Shown: positions 9,867 to 19,896, counted from the first letter of the stretch. The stretch: DNA of 64,000 bases from an uncultured virus (IMG/VR IMGVR_UViG_3300035181_001618) (IMGVR_UViG_3300035181_001618:1-64000); one strand, 5' to 3'. Translations and numbers: made by a program. The notes: generated by a model from the letters alone, not told the origin.

Positions 9867-10319
9867 TCAGTCCCATCCCATAACGGTGCAGAAGTCCATA
9901 GGAGGTGCTTCGTCAAACTCCTCAGCGACTTGGCGCATGAGGGAGGTAGGCGAGGCAAACCTGAACCGCTTTTCGAGAGCGCCGGGCGTGTCCTCGGGCC
10001 TAGGCGGCATGTAGTAGACGCCGGTGTAGAGGTCATTGGGGCGTTGTCGGTCGATGAACAGCTTGAGCTTGACCGTGCGCTTGCCTGGCTTTGCGATCCT
10101 GGCGAGCAGCATGACGTTGCCATGCTGACCGCGCCGCAGCATCGTGTTGACCTGCAAGCCTTCATCCTCGGCGCGGTCCACGATCACCTGCTGAGCATTC
10201 AGGTACAAGCGGTTCTTCTCGGGCCAAGGTTCGGTCATCTGACAGTAGTCATTGACCTGATCATCAAAGGCGCGCCAGTCCCACTTGTCAGAGGTGTAGA
10301 GGCGGAGCTCGTTTTTCAT
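9867..10319 (-). CDS. hypothetical protein
   Basis: 150-aa ORF with ATGA coupling. Confidence 0.55.
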   Translation of the reverse strand: MKNELRLYTSDKWDWRAFDDQVNDYCQMTEPWPEKNRLYLNAQQVIVDRAEDEGLQVNTMLRRGQHGNVMLLARIAKPGKRTVKLKLFIDRQRPNDLYTGVYYMPPRPEDTPGALEKRFRFASPTSLMRQVAEEFDEAPPMDFCTVMGWD

Positions 10320-10543
10320 TTGCGATCTTCGAAGTGTGATGTGATAGTATATTCTTTTTGGCTACGGCAGCCGTTATGATAGCAGATTTCGCCGCCTTGT
10401 CCTATGTATGACCCACAGCAACAGGTGTCGTCATCGTACTCGCGGTACCGCCATTGCAGGCTCAGGTGCCGCCAGAAGGGGTGGTAGCCACGCGCCTGCC
10501 AAGCTTCCTTGACACAGCGCTTAAGGTCACGGATGAAGCTCAT
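10316..10543 (-). CDS. Cys-rich hypothetical protein
   Basis: Likely start MSFIRDLK; TCCCG...CYHNGC. Confidence 0.5.
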   Translation of the reverse strand: MSFIRDLKRCVKEAWQARGYHPFWRHLSLQWRYREYDDDTCCCGSYIGQGGEICYHNGCRSQKEYTITSHFEDRK

Positions 10544-10904
10544 AGTACTTGAAGATAGCCGCTGTACAAGCGAAGACGGCGCAGAGGAACCAGCGTGTGT
10601 TGCGTGACAGGTCAAGGAGGGCCGAGAGGCCAAAAGCGATAGCCGCGCCTCCGTACATCAGGAAGCGTACGTTGAGCGCCAAGGCCAGGAGGTCGGCTTC
10701 AGAGAGAGTAGCCGCAACGCAGTAGTGCGTGCGCCGCTCCGTGTACTCGCGAACCTTGACAACTACCAGCTGGTTGTACTCGATCCTGAAGAGCTCGGTC
10801 TTGACGATGCCTGTCTCCTCAATGCGGGACCCAAATTTGTAGGCGATCTCGCCGGCAAACTCGGTCCGCTGTATAGCGGCTGCTACGTCGGCGATGTCAG
10901 CCAT
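10527..10904 (-). CDS. hypothetical protein with hydrophobic C-terminus
   Basis: 125-aa ORF; may be a fusion of two small ORFs. Confidence 0.45.
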   Translation of the reverse strand: MADIADVAAAIQRTEFAGEIAYKFGSRIEETGIVKTELFRIEYNQLVVVKVREYTERRTHYCVAATLSEADLLALALNVRFLMYGGAAIAFGLSALLDLSRNTRWFLCAVFACTAAIFKYYELHP

Positions 10905-10907
10905 TGC

Positions 10908-11468
10908 TCAGACCACGCAGTCAACCGCAAATAAGCGGTTCAAAGTGAAGACGTAGTCAAAGCCTTCGTCACGAGTCGGAGCCTGGTGGCCCTTCAGCAT
11001 TGAGAAGACGATGCTGCGCGGGATGCTCTTGCCCGTGGCCTTTGCCCGAGCGTCCAAGCGTTCCAGCAGGACCTTGTCGTCGACTTCGAAGTCAACGGCG
11101 ACCGTGACGTGGCCGTCACCCTGCTTAGCCCACTTAAGCTTGTCAGACCGCGATTTGCGGGTCATGTTGGTCTGGTCGATGATGACGTTGCGCCCATCCT
11201 TGACGGCGCTCAAGACGGTCTCCTCCATGCAACGCTTCAGCGTCTTGAAGTTAATCTTGTCGAACGCCTGGCTGTAGGTCAGGTTGTTCAGCTGGGCATA
11301 GGCGTCGATCTGGTCATCTGTGCTGCCGATGGTGATATGAAACAGCTCCTGCAGCACCTTGATCAGTGACGACTTACCTGAAGCAGGCGCCCCCACCAGC
11401 ACGATGAACAGGGGCTTGTCGCCCAGGTGTTTAAGCTCGCCGACGAGCTGTTGAAAGTTGACTTTCAT
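10908..11468 (-). CDS. P-loop kinase, polynucleotide-kinase/AAA_33 type
   Basis: LVGAPASGKS, STDD, IIDQTN..RKSR, GKSIP, PTRDEGFD. Confidence 0.85.
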   Translation of the reverse strand: MKVNFQQLVGELKHLGDKPLFIVLVGAPASGKSSLIKVLQELFHITIGSTDDQIDAYAQLNNLTYSQAFDKINFKTLKRCMEETVLSAVKDGRNVIIDQTNMTRKSRSDKLKWAKQGDGHVTVAVDFEVDDKVLLERLDARAKATGKSIPRSIVFSMLKGHQAPTRDEGFDYVFTLNRLFAVDCVV

Positions 11469-11492
11469 GGAGACGGATTCCTGGTGGGAGAG

Positions 11493-11653
11493 CTTAGAAA
11501 CCAGCGGCGAGCTGGAACTTTGTCAAAACATCCTCATATGTCTCAAAGACACATGCGCCGACATGGGCTGAACGCCGGCACGACCTTCTTGATCATGGGC
11601 ATCATGATCTTCTTCAAAGCCGCGGGGAGGGTTGGAGCGTTCGGGTCAGCCAT
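11493..11653 (-). pseudogene. decayed mini-gene with gp23 Gol-region-like motif
   Basis: MADPNAPTLPAALKKIMMPMIKKVVP then GVQPMS in a shifted frame; TATAAT 7 nt upstream. Confidence 0.45.
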
Positions 11654-11690
11654 GGCCGAGATTATATCCTTGGTTCGCTCGACTTTACAT

Positions 11691-12227
11691 TTATAGGACG
11701 GTAGGATCTAGCGCGGCTTGCAGCTCAGCGAGCGTGACCTTGGCCAAGAAGCGCTCATTCGGCTGTCCCTTCAGCGTTAGCATGAAGGCCGACACTTGGA
11801 CATTGAGCTCCTCGTCGACAAACGGGACCTCTTCAGCGAAGTAGAGGTAGTTCAAGTTGACAACCTGCGGGTCGGTGACCACGACGGTATTGTTCTTGAC
11901 TCGCAGCAGCTTGACTGATGGGTAGGTCGCTGAAACGGTGACGATGTCAAGCACGCCTGGCATCGAGCATGACGAGCCTGAGCCGATCCCTCCGGTGAAG
12001 TCAATAGCCCTGAGCTGGGCCTCGAACGCAGCCATCGGTGTCCGTGTGTAGAAGGTGTAGGACGGGTAGCCTACCAGCACGACACGTGAGACGACTTCGA
12101 CCAGCTGAGTGACCTTGTTCTGCATCCCTACCGTATCAACAATCAGGATGTCCTCTTGGTTGATCAGCAGGGTCGACGTGCTTGCCAGGTCGGTGGAGAG
12201 CTTTTGAAGCTGAAGGTACTTAGCCAT
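11691..12227 (-). CDS. hypothetical protein with two similar halves
   Basis: LLINQEDIL...PMAAFEAQL and VVNLNYLY...TLAELQAAL. Confidence 0.6.
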   Translation of the reverse strand: MAKYLQLQKLSTDLASTSTLLINQEDILIVDTVGMQNKVTQLVEVVSRVVLVGYPSYTFYTRTPMAAFEAQLRAIDFTGGIGSGSSCSMPGVLDIVTVSATYPSVKLLRVKNNTVVVTDPQVVNLNYLYFAEEVPFVDEELNVQVSAFMLTLKGQPNERFLAKVTLAELQAALDPTVL

Positions 12228-12858
12228 ATTTCACCATCTCAAAGAATATGGGTGTCGCTGACTCAGGCCATTTCCACGGCCCGCCTTCATACAACCTGAT
12301 CCACTTAGCCGGCGTCTTCCAACGCGCGCCCTCTTTAACAGCGGCAGCTTCATAGCGCACCGGCGTAAAAGTGTACGATATGTGAATCTGAATCTGATTT
12401 TGAATACCGACAAAGTACTCGCTGCCTACTTTGAGGTCACCGTGCTTGACTCTGGCTCCAAAGCTGTACCAGCGGTCATTAAAGCCAAGAGCCCAGTCAC
12501 CTGTCTTTAGCAGCTTGAGCATACTGCTGCCGAAGCTTTTGCACTCTTCAAGTCGCCACCCGAGCGTATAACGTAAAATTTGACGTGTTAGTCTTAAGAC
12601 ATAGCGCTCATCAGTTGTACGCCAGCTATTGCCTCTGCTGTTAATGAGCACCGTGTCAGGGTCGCTATCATAGCTATGCACCCACGCTTCAACATGAGCC
12701 GTCCTGTTTTTAGGATTTCGTGCAATGATAAGAATGCCTCCGTCATACGGCGCAAGCTTGATATCGAGCAAGCCGTCGGATGCGTCGATGAACGCTTGCT
12801 GAAGCTTCAGAGCCTCGGCCCTTAGTTTGTTTGATTCGAGAAGGGTGACGAGTTTCAT
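12220..12858 (-). CDS. hypothetical protein, possible head-packaged protein
   Basis: MKLVTLLE N-terminus, EALKLQQAFIDA motif, TAAATA 7 nt upstream. Confidence 0.6.
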   Translation of the reverse strand: MKLVTLLESNKLRAEALKLQQAFIDASDGLLDIKLAPYDGGILIIARNPKNRTAHVEAWVHSYDSDPDTVLINSRGNSWRTTDERYVLRLTRQILRYTLGWRLEECKSFGSSMLKLLKTGDWALGFNDRWYSFGARVKHGDLKVGSEYFVGIQNQIQIHISYTFTPVRYEAAAVKEGARWKTPAKWIRLYEGGPWKWPESATPIFFEMVKYG

Positions 12859-12865
12859 GCTGGCT

Positions 12866-12878
12866 TATTTAATAAATA
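12866..12878. promoter_or_regulatory. back-to-back TAAATA late-promoter boxes
   Basis: GGCTTATTTAATAAATAGCC near-palindrome between divergent ATGs at 12858 and 12883. Confidence 0.6.
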
Positions 12879-12882
12879 GCCA

Positions 12883-13701
12883 ATGCTGCTTTCAACACTA
12901 TGCGAAACTGTCACAAACAAAGTCGCCGTGCGTGCGGTAATGTCAGCCGCTTTTACGAACATTGACGAAGGTGATGACTTTGTCATTGAAGCTGATGGCT
13001 CGATCAGCCCGATAAAGGACATCGGAGATCGAGCGATCACGCTACCTCAGCACTGGGAGGAGGCCAAGGTCAAGTTCAATGCCTGGCCAGGCCTAACTAT
13101 TACCGTAACCAAAGGCAGCAAGCTCAAGTCATTAGCCAATCTACCTCCGCAGCTAAGAAACATTAAGCTATACGGTTGTGCAGGCTTAGCTAACATGGCT
13201 CATGGGCCACTCGAAGTTGAAAATTTAAAGCTTGTCGACTGTGGCATGACATCATTAACAGGCGCTCCGCTTGTCAATGATGAGCTGCAGCTGATCAACA
13301 TGCACATGCTGACAACGCTGAAAGGTCTCGAAGACCACAAGCCTGCCGAGTTGCACATCAACAATTGCAATGGCTTGATTAGCCTCGAAAGCATGCCCAA
13401 AGAGCTGCATATGCTAGTAGTTGACGGGTGTGAGAAGCTCGAAGTAATTCGATTCCCGCGTACAACTGTAATGCAGGGTTCGGGACTACTCTTTGTCGGC
13501 GCGAATGAGGCTCACAAGCTCTCGCCTAGGCTGGTGCTCGTGCCAGGCTTGAGGCAAATTGTCTTTCAAGGCATCGGCTACCGCGACGACATCCTCAAGC
13601 TCTTTAACGAGCACCTACAGATAGAGAACAAGCGGCAGGCGTTCTTGAAGCTTCAGCACGCGCTGATCGACGCCAACATGAATCACATGGCTGATCAGTA
13701 A
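12883..13701 (+). CDS. leucine-rich repeat protein
   Basis: Repeats LKSLANLP, MTSLTGAP, LTTLKGL, LISLESMP; C-terminal FLKLQHALIDA. Confidence 0.75.
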   Translation: MLLSTLCETVTNKVAVRAVMSAAFTNIDEGDDFVIEADGSISPIKDIGDRAITLPQHWEEAKVKFNAWPGLTITVTKGSKLKSLANLPPQLRNIKLYGCAGLANMAHGPLEVENLKLVDCGMTSLTGAPLVNDELQLINMHMLTTLKGLEDHKPAELHINNCNGLISLESMPKELHMLVVDGCEKLEVIRFPRTTVMQGSGLLFVGANEAHKLSPRLVLVPGLRQIVFQGIGYRDDILKLFNEHLQIENKRQAFLKLQHALIDANMNHMADQ

Positions 13702-13705
13702 CCGG

Positions 13706-14545
13706 CTAACGAACTTTCCCTGAGAGCTCAGGGATGCCAGCGAAGCGAGCGCGCAGCTCAGCTAGCGATGGAATTCGATTCAGCCTGGGCAGCAGCTGCG
13801 ACCCCTCGTCAACCTTGAGCTTCCCTGCGGCGATCTGCTTCAGGGCAACCTCGCGCACCAGTTCGGGGTCATACACGTGTAGGAGCTCCTGGAGCCTGCG
13901 CATGGTGATCGGCTCGTAGAGCCTGCCGAAAGCGGCATTGATCGCGTCCGCTACTCGCTCGGCCTTATCCTTCAGGAGCTCGACATCGTCACGGCTGATC
14001 AAGCCATGGCTTGTGTCGAGCAGGACGTGGGTGACCTCATTTTCAAGACCTCCAGGCTCGTAGTTATATTCGCCGTCATAGCCAGAGGTGCCGCTCCACG
14101 GTGCAAACCTGATGCCCGTCTTGGCGACCTTCTTGCCGATGACGGTCATGATCTCGCCCGTCATGTCCAGCCTTTGATCTTCATTCAGGTTGCCCAAGCC
14201 CATGCCTGTCCGGTCAACGGTCATGTAGTAGTGCAGCGTGCGCTCGTTACCGCCGAAGCGCATCTGCTCGACACGCTTCATCGCCACGGCGCGGACAAAC
14301 CGACGATAGTGCGGGTCATTCGCGTACATGTCATCATCGGCGTCGAGGTGCAGCTTTGTCGTGACCTTGCTGACGGTGAGCGTTTCATCGAGCAGCCTGT
14401 AAGCTGCAAGCGTACGCTTGTCTTTGGCTACGTCCTGAGCGATGTCTGTCCAGATGACCGGGTAGCCGACCCGCTTAATGAAGCGCGAGTTGACGATGCG
14501 GATTCGGTCACCCACGCGGATGACGGGTCGCTTGCTCTTGGTCAT
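13706..14545 (-). CDS. hypothetical protein
   Basis: 279-aa ORF; IRVGDRIRIVN N-terminus. Confidence 0.6.
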   Translation of the reverse strand: MTKSKRPVIRVGDRIRIVNSRFIKRVGYPVIWTDIAQDVAKDKRTLAAYRLLDETLTVSKVTTKLHLDADDDMYANDPHYRRFVRAVAMKRVEQMRFGGNERTLHYYMTVDRTGMGLGNLNEDQRLDMTGEIMTVIGKKVAKTGIRFAPWSGTSGYDGEYNYEPGGLENEVTHVLLDTSHGLISRDDVELLKDKAERVADAINAAFGRLYEPITMRRLQELLHVYDPELVREVALKQIAAGKLKVDEGSQLLPRLNRIPSLAELRARFAGIPELSGKVR

Positions 14546-14841
14546 GGTGGGGCTATCTTGCCTTCGTAGTCACATTCGTCGATGAGCCAAGTTTGCAGCT
14601 TGAGGAAGTCGGTCTTGGGCATCTCAGCTTCGATCAGCCAGCGCAGCGCGCCCTACTTCGTCATTGGAGAGGTTGTCAGCGCCATCATGACCAACACATT
14701 GTTCGATAGCCTCTTCAACTTCATCGATGGTCTCTTCCCGGGTGCAATTGTTGCAAGGTGGGTAGGCGCCCGGGTCCTGACAACGACAGCCGCCGCGAGC
14801 CGAGCGAATGTAGTCGTAGATAATATCAGACAGCTCGCCGC

Positions 14842-15135
14842 TCATCGCCGCTTTCCCTTGCGCTCAACGGTCTCGCGAGTGCTCAGGTAGAACGCCGGGT
14901 CCTTGTCCTTGACCCACTCGATGAAGACCTGAATCGGCTCTTGGGCGCGCAGCTCATCCCATGTGTAAAACCGCTTCTCCAGCTCCTTTTCGGTGTAGGT
15001 GGCGTGGATCTTGCGGTGGCAGATCTTGTGGATGGGCTCCTGCACCTTGCCCTTACGAGACTTCGGCACCAGATGATGCCGGTCGATGTTCTCGAGGCCG
15101 AGCGTACGGTGGCAGAGCGGGCAGAGGTCAGTCAC
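14842..15135 (-). CDS. small HNH endonuclease
   Basis: CPLC...RHHLVPKS...HKICHRKIH; GTG start 6 nt after TATAAT. Confidence 0.8.
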   Translation of the reverse strand: MTDLCPLCHRTLGLENIDRHHLVPKSRKGKVQEPIHKICHRKIHATYTEKELEKRFYTWDELRAQEPIQVFIEWVKDKDPAFYLSTRETVERKGKRR

Positions 15136-15344
15136 AGTTGGATTATATTCAGCGCCGAGACTAATGTAAACCGTGACACCAGCTTCGGAGGCACATCGCT
15201 CGTCAGGAACGCGTGCTCCCATTGCCACTTTGGTCGGGATGCTTGATGGTCGGCGTGGCTTTCACCACGCGGCCGTCTTCGATGTGGTTTCGCTCATATT
15301 TGCCCTTCACCGACCGACGATACCAGACGGTGGCGAGCCTCGGG

Positions 15345-16121
15345 TCATTGGAAGTCATCAGGATCCTTCCCGTAGGTTTCAAGGATGTAGCGCCAGACTG
15401 GATCGCTGGTGTAAGCCTTAAGCATGAGCTCCCAACCCTTGAGGTGACCGGGTCAAACGAGCCGGCGACAACGCCCACTTTGGCTGTAGGTAAGCGCCGC
15501 TTGTAGCTCTCACCCTTTAGCCAGTTGGCGATGAAGCGAATGTTGGCTGGGAGCCGATCATGCGGTGCAGATACATCGCTCTTGCCGGTGTTGACTCTGA
15601 AAACCTTAAGGCCGTTCTTGATGACGCTGATGAAGTCATGCCGAGCGCTGTCAGTCATCTGTGACTTGAACACACCCTTGATCGTGGCTGCCAGCCACGA
15701 GCCTTGAGTCGCTGCTTCCGCTCGTTGTTGTTATCATAGCCTGCTTCGACCACGACGACCGCGTCAAACCGATCATAGAGCTCGCGGTCGAAGCGCTCAT
15801 ACAAGAGCGGGACTCGAGCACCAAGTCCAGGTGCTCCATGGCCTCTTCGATCTGGTACCGAACGGCGCCCTTGAAGACCTCCTCGAGCTTGAACTTGAAG
15901 CGCTCGTCGGTGAACACCTGCTCACGCACCTGCTCCATGGTCTTGCCGTTGACCATGCCTCGGAAGGTCTCAAGCTCGCTCGGCTGTAAGAGGATCTGCG
16001 GGTTCGCCCAAACAGCGTCGTCTACGTTGGCGTAAGCAAAGGTCGAACCTAGCGCCTCTCGGAGGCTCTTGATGAGCGTGGATTTATCTGACCCGGCGCC
16101 GCCGGTGACAACGATCTTCAT
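15345..16121 (-). pseudogene. dephospho-CoA kinase (CoaE) - phosphopantetheine adenylyltransferase (CoaD) fusion, disrupted
   Basis: VTGGAGSDKST; PLLYE..FDAVVVV..RLKARG in a shifted frame; SQM; GVVAGSFDPVT joined directly to LKGWELMLKAY. Two frameshifts plus an apparent internal deletion. Confidence 0.7.
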
Positions 16122-16273
16122 GGCAAGTCCCTTTCAGCTGGCGTCTCGTAGTAGAGGGTGCAGCGCTTCTTGTGGTTCTTGGGAAATAACACGACCTCGT
16201 GGATCGGCCGCGGCAGTGGTCAAGGTAGAGCAGGTAGCATGCGACAACGCATAGCCCGAGGGAGGCAAGGCCC

Positions 16274-16894
16274 TTATTCACGGTTACGCTCCAGAGCTCG
16301 GTTGAGGATCGTCATGACGCTGGCTTCTGACCAGCCATCCACCCGGATTCGATCGGTGTGTCGGTTGCAGGGTGCGCCGAAGACCACGTGCTCCCACATG
16401 GGCTCTAGCGAGCCGGTCACCTTGGGCTTGTCATCGAGCAGCACCAAGCCGCGGACGACGGTCTTGTCGTGCGACATGATCATCTGCTTGGCCCAGGTGT
16501 CTCCCAAGTGCTTGGCCGCCCAGGCCGCTTTGTCGGAGTGGCACGTCTTGTGCTCGACGTGCGGCGCTGTGCAGATGCGGACGCCGATGTTATGCTTGGC
16601 TGCTAGGTCCTGCAACAGTTGGACGTGCTCAACAGCGCCGGGAATCGGTGGGATGTCACGGAACATGCCCTCCCAAGTATCCACGACATGGATGACCTGG
16701 TTCTTCAGCCAGATGTCATACTTAGGATCACCGCTGTTGATGCAGTCCTCAACGTAGAAGGTCTCTGCCGTGTTCATGTCAGGCATGTGAGCGAAGTCAG
16801 CTGGTGCGAGGCGACGCTCGAGCTCCTGGTAGAGCCCTAGCACGAAGTCTGCGAGCACGCCGTCTTGGTCAATGAGGATGGGATTGGGTTGCAT
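16274..16894 (-). CDS. 5'(3')-deoxyribonucleotidase (NT5C, HAD)
   Basis: ILIDQDGVLADF, PIPGA, ICTAP, DKT, LLDDKP. Confidence 0.9.
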   Translation of the reverse strand: MQPNPILIDQDGVLADFVLGLYQELERRLAPADFAHMPDMNTAETFYVEDCINSGDPKYDIWLKNQVIHVVDTWEGMFRDIPPIPGAVEHVQLLQDLAAKHNIGVRICTAPHVEHKTCHSDKAAWAAKHLGDTWAKQMIMSHDKTVVRGLVLLDDKPKVTGSLEPMWEHVVFGAPCNRHTDRIRVDGWSEASVMTILNRALERNRE

Positions 16895-17080
16895 TATTTG
16901 ATTGAATCATCCTTATGACCGCTCATCGAAGATTTCCTTGACTATCGTGCGCAGGATGTTCTGGACCTCAGCAGTGTCGCCGGGCTTGATGGCTCGCCGT
17001 TCTGCCCTCGGCTTGATAGGGCTACGGCGCTAGGCTATGCGCTATCACGGGACCCACATGGGTCATGTGAGCTCCCTAGC

Positions 17081-18532
17081 TCATACAGCGCAGCGAGCGC
17101 GGACTTCGTCCAGTGTGGTTTGATTGCTCAGCACGCCGTACTCGTAGACCGTCACCATCACGTCCTCGAACTCGTCGCTCAGCGGGCCTTGATCGATGCG
17201 TACCGTCGAGTACTCACCGGTCATCTTCGATCGAGCCAGCGTCAAGACGCCTTCCTTGGACTTCTTGCCCGGGTCCGTGATCGGGTCCTTGACGATGCCG
17301 ACCCAGAGGTCCTTCGGAAAATCAATCGGGTTGTTCGTATTCGTGTCCTTGACAAGGATCGCCGAAGCCTTCATCGCGAACTTGAAGGTATCACGGTTGA
17401 CCTTCTGCAGCAGGCCGCCGCCAGAGCCGAAGACGATGTTGTCGGGCGAGAAGTTCATCGCCATCAGGTTGCCCAGCAGGGTCTTCAGGGTCATGCGGTC
17501 AACACCGTCGCCCTGCAGGATGCCGATGCCTGGATACATCTTGACGTAGCCCTTGCTGGTCTTCGTGGTCGGGAAGGCCGAGCAGAAGAGGCGCATCACA
17601 CGCGGGATCACCTCGAGGGCGTCGCCGCTGTCGGGGCGGCAGACCAGCTTCATGCCCAGGCGGGTGTGCAGGTCGATGATGCGGTCCTTGAAGACGGTGC
17701 ACAGCTGTTCAGCGAAGCGGTAGATGTCCTTCGTGTCGCCGACCAGGGAAATGATGTTGCCTTGGCCTTCAAACTTGGTCAGGGCGTGGTCGATGTAGGC
17801 GATCTCATCTTCGACAGACAGGCCGAAAGAGCAGGCAACGCTGTGCTCCGTGGCGCGCACCGAGAAGCCAGCCATCGAGTGGTCGTAGTAGAAGTTCGCG
17901 GTCCGAACGCCATCGATGGTGTCGGAGCCCATGAAGTTGACCAAGTGGGCGGCGCCGCCGATGCAGGCTTGGCCGCGGCTGGTGACGCCGCGTGCGCCGA
18001 AGTCGTGCAGCGAGAAGGGCAGGAAGCCGAGGTCGGCGCCAGCGACCTCGTAGAAGCGCTTGATCTCGAGCTTGGTGTCGTAGTCCAAGGAGGCGATGGT
18101 GGTCGGGTACCAGACGGCCCGGAGCAGCGAGGTCTCGATGTAGGAGGTCAGCCAGTAGAGGTCAGGGTCGACGCACTTGACCGTGACCAAGGCGTTGCCG
18201 CTGCGGACCGGCGTGCCCTCAGGGACGGCGCGGATCGTCAGGGGCAGGTAGCCGTTGTACTTGTTAACCACCTTGAGCCAACCGTCACGGCTGAAAGGCT
18301 CACCGTGGGCGGCGGCGAAGGCTTCAGCCTCGTCGATCATCTCGAGCGTGATCTGCACCGACAGGTACTCGCGCAGCCAGACTTGCAGGCCGAACGGGAC
18401 CATGATGTCGCGACCGCCGGTGCGGGCTTCGATGTAGGAGAACATGCCCCTCACATACTCAGGGTAGGCGAAGGCGTGGCACAGCTTGTAGCTGTCGGTG
18501 TCCAGGATGGGGTTGAATTGCAGGGTTGTCAT
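17081..18532 (-). CDS. nadV: nicotinamide phosphoribosyltransferase
   Basis: LDTDSYK, AVPEG, WYPTT, LHDFGARG, ATEHS, RPDSGD, QGDG, FGSGGGLLQKVNRDT, KDPITDPGKKSK; GGAG SD before ATG 18532. Confidence 0.95.
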   Translation of the reverse strand: MTTLQFNPILDTDSYKLCHAFAYPEYVRGMFSYIEARTGGRDIMVPFGLQVWLREYLSVQITLEMIDEAEAFAAAHGEPFSRDGWLKVVNKYNGYLPLTIRAVPEGTPVRSGNALVTVKCVDPDLYWLTSYIETSLLRAVWYPTTIASLDYDTKLEIKRFYEVAGADLGFLPFSLHDFGARGVTSRGQACIGGAAHLVNFMGSDTIDGVRTANFYYDHSMAGFSVRATEHSVACSFGLSVEDEIAYIDHALTKFEGQGNIISLVGDTKDIYRFAEQLCTVFKDRIIDLHTRLGMKLVCRPDSGDALEVIPRVMRLFCSAFPTTKTSKGYVKMYPGIGILQGDGVDRMTLKTLLGNLMAMNFSPDNIVFGSGGGLLQKVNRDTFKFAMKASAILVKDTNTNNPIDFPKDLWVGIVKDPITDPGKKSKEGVLTLARSKMTGEYSTVRIDQGPLSDEFEDVMVTVYEYGVLSNQTTLDEVRARCAV

Positions 18533-18708
18533 GATTGCTCCAATCAGGAAGAACGGTGCTGCCGCTTGGGTGGCACGATACTTTTGAATCAGCTCGTGAA
18601 TCTTGCCAATGAGCAGCATTGGGATGTCCACGGCAAAGAAGAGGATGATGAGGATGCCGAAGAAACATAGTCGTCAGAGCTACAGCCGATGAACTGGACA
18701 GTAGTAGA

Positions 18709-19896
18709 TCACGTCAACGTCTCGCGGTCGATGTGGCCCATGGCCCATTCAACAATTGCGTGGTGGTCCTCGAACCACATGTCCATGCGCTCGAGCGCCT
18801 CGCTGATCGGCAGCCAGAAGCATTCGATCACGTCGCACTCAGGATCGGTGTTGCCCTGCTTCATGCCCTTGACTTGGGGCAACGGCTTCATGTCATCGAG
18901 CCGGAAGAAGTAGGCGTGCGTGATCGTGCGGCCACGGTCCGAACGGTCCGGCTTGTCGAAGACCTGCTCCGCACGGATCGAGCCGCGCAGGATGTCAGTC
19001 GTGATCTTCTTGACCTTGACTGGGTCCTTGCCTTCGGTCAGCTTGATCTTGGTCTCTTCGATCACTTCGCGAATGCATGCGCTACGGAGGCGCTCATTGG
19101 CGTTCACAAAGCCGCCAGGAAGCGCCCAAAGACCCTTGCCAGGCTCGTGGCCACGCACCACCGTGAGGATGTGACCGGATTGCACGATGACGCCGTCCAC
19201 CGTCTGGTAGATCGGCGGATACGGGTAGGCTTTGGCGCGCTCCTTGTAGGCGCAGACGTGTTTGTAGGTCTCGACCAGCGATGCAAACTCGGGCGTGCTC
19301 TTGAAGCGCTCCATGTTGAGAAGTGTTGTGTCAGGCACGACATCCGGGATGTGAGTCCCCTCGCCGCCGAACAGCCACGAACGCACGTCGGTGGCGCTCA
19401 CATTGAGCACGCCGTTCTGCCGGTAGGGCTCGACAAAGATCGTCTTCCACTGCGGGAAGGCGTGCAGGTACCAGGTGCTCTCGTCACGATCAGAGCCGAT
19501 CAGGTTGATGTTAGGAGCTGCTTGCTCCTTCCACATCCGGCTTTCGATTGCGGTCTTGACGATGCTTTGGACGCTGCGCTGCCACAGCATGTCGTTGTAC
19601 GGGTAGTCGCGCGACGGCCGAACGGAGAGCGTGCCCCAGCTGTCATCCAGCGGCATGTTGCGTTCATACCACTGGACGATCATCTGCTTCCGCTCGGCGA
19701 ACGTGAAGGGGTTCTTCAGCGAGCGGGATAGGCCACTTGAACCGACAAGCACGATGACCAACCTGCCGCGCCTGAGCGCTTCTTGCAGGACATGGGCGTG
19801 CCCGAGGTGGAAGGGATTGAAGCGACCGTTGTAGACGATGACGTCCCTAAACACGGCGCTAACCTCATGCTTCTTGGTGGGGATTACTGATGCCAT
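18709..19896 (-). CDS. bifunctional NMN adenylyltransferase / Nudix hydrolase (NadM-Nudix, NatV-like)
   Basis: GRFNPFHLGH, KNPFT, SAT, Nudix box ALPGGFV...REVIEET, FEDH. Confidence 0.93.
   Translation of the reverse strand: MASVIPTKKHEVSAVFRDVIVYNGRFNPFHLGHAHVLQEALRRGRLVIVLVGSSGLSRSLKNPFTFAERKQMIVQWYERNMPLDDSWGTLSVRPSRDYPYNDMLWQRSVQSIVKTAIESRMWKEQAAPNINLIGSDRDESTWYLHAFPQWKTIFVEPYRQNGVLNVSATDVRSWLFGGEGTHIPDVVPDTTLLNMERFKSTPEFASLVETYKHVCAYKERAKAYPYPPIYQTVDGVIVQSGHILTVVRGHEPGKGLWALPGGFVNANERLRSACIREVIEETKIKLTEGKDPVKVKKITTDILRGSIRAEQVFDKPDRSDRGRTITHAYFFRLDDMKPLPQVKGMKQGNTDPECDVIECFWLPISEALERMDMWFEDHHAIVEWAMGHIDRETLT

Noticed and set aside
18533..18631. N-terminal extension of NAMPT given by the ORF track
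   Set aside because: Homology starts at MTTLQFNPILDTDSYK, which has its own GGAG SD
665..19731. Long plus-strand ORFs (665-1894, 3685-4686, 5348-6769, 17120-18670, 18733-19731)
   Set aside because: Antisense shadows of Rnl1, topoisomerase, NAMPT and NMNAT caused by codon bias; no motifs of their own
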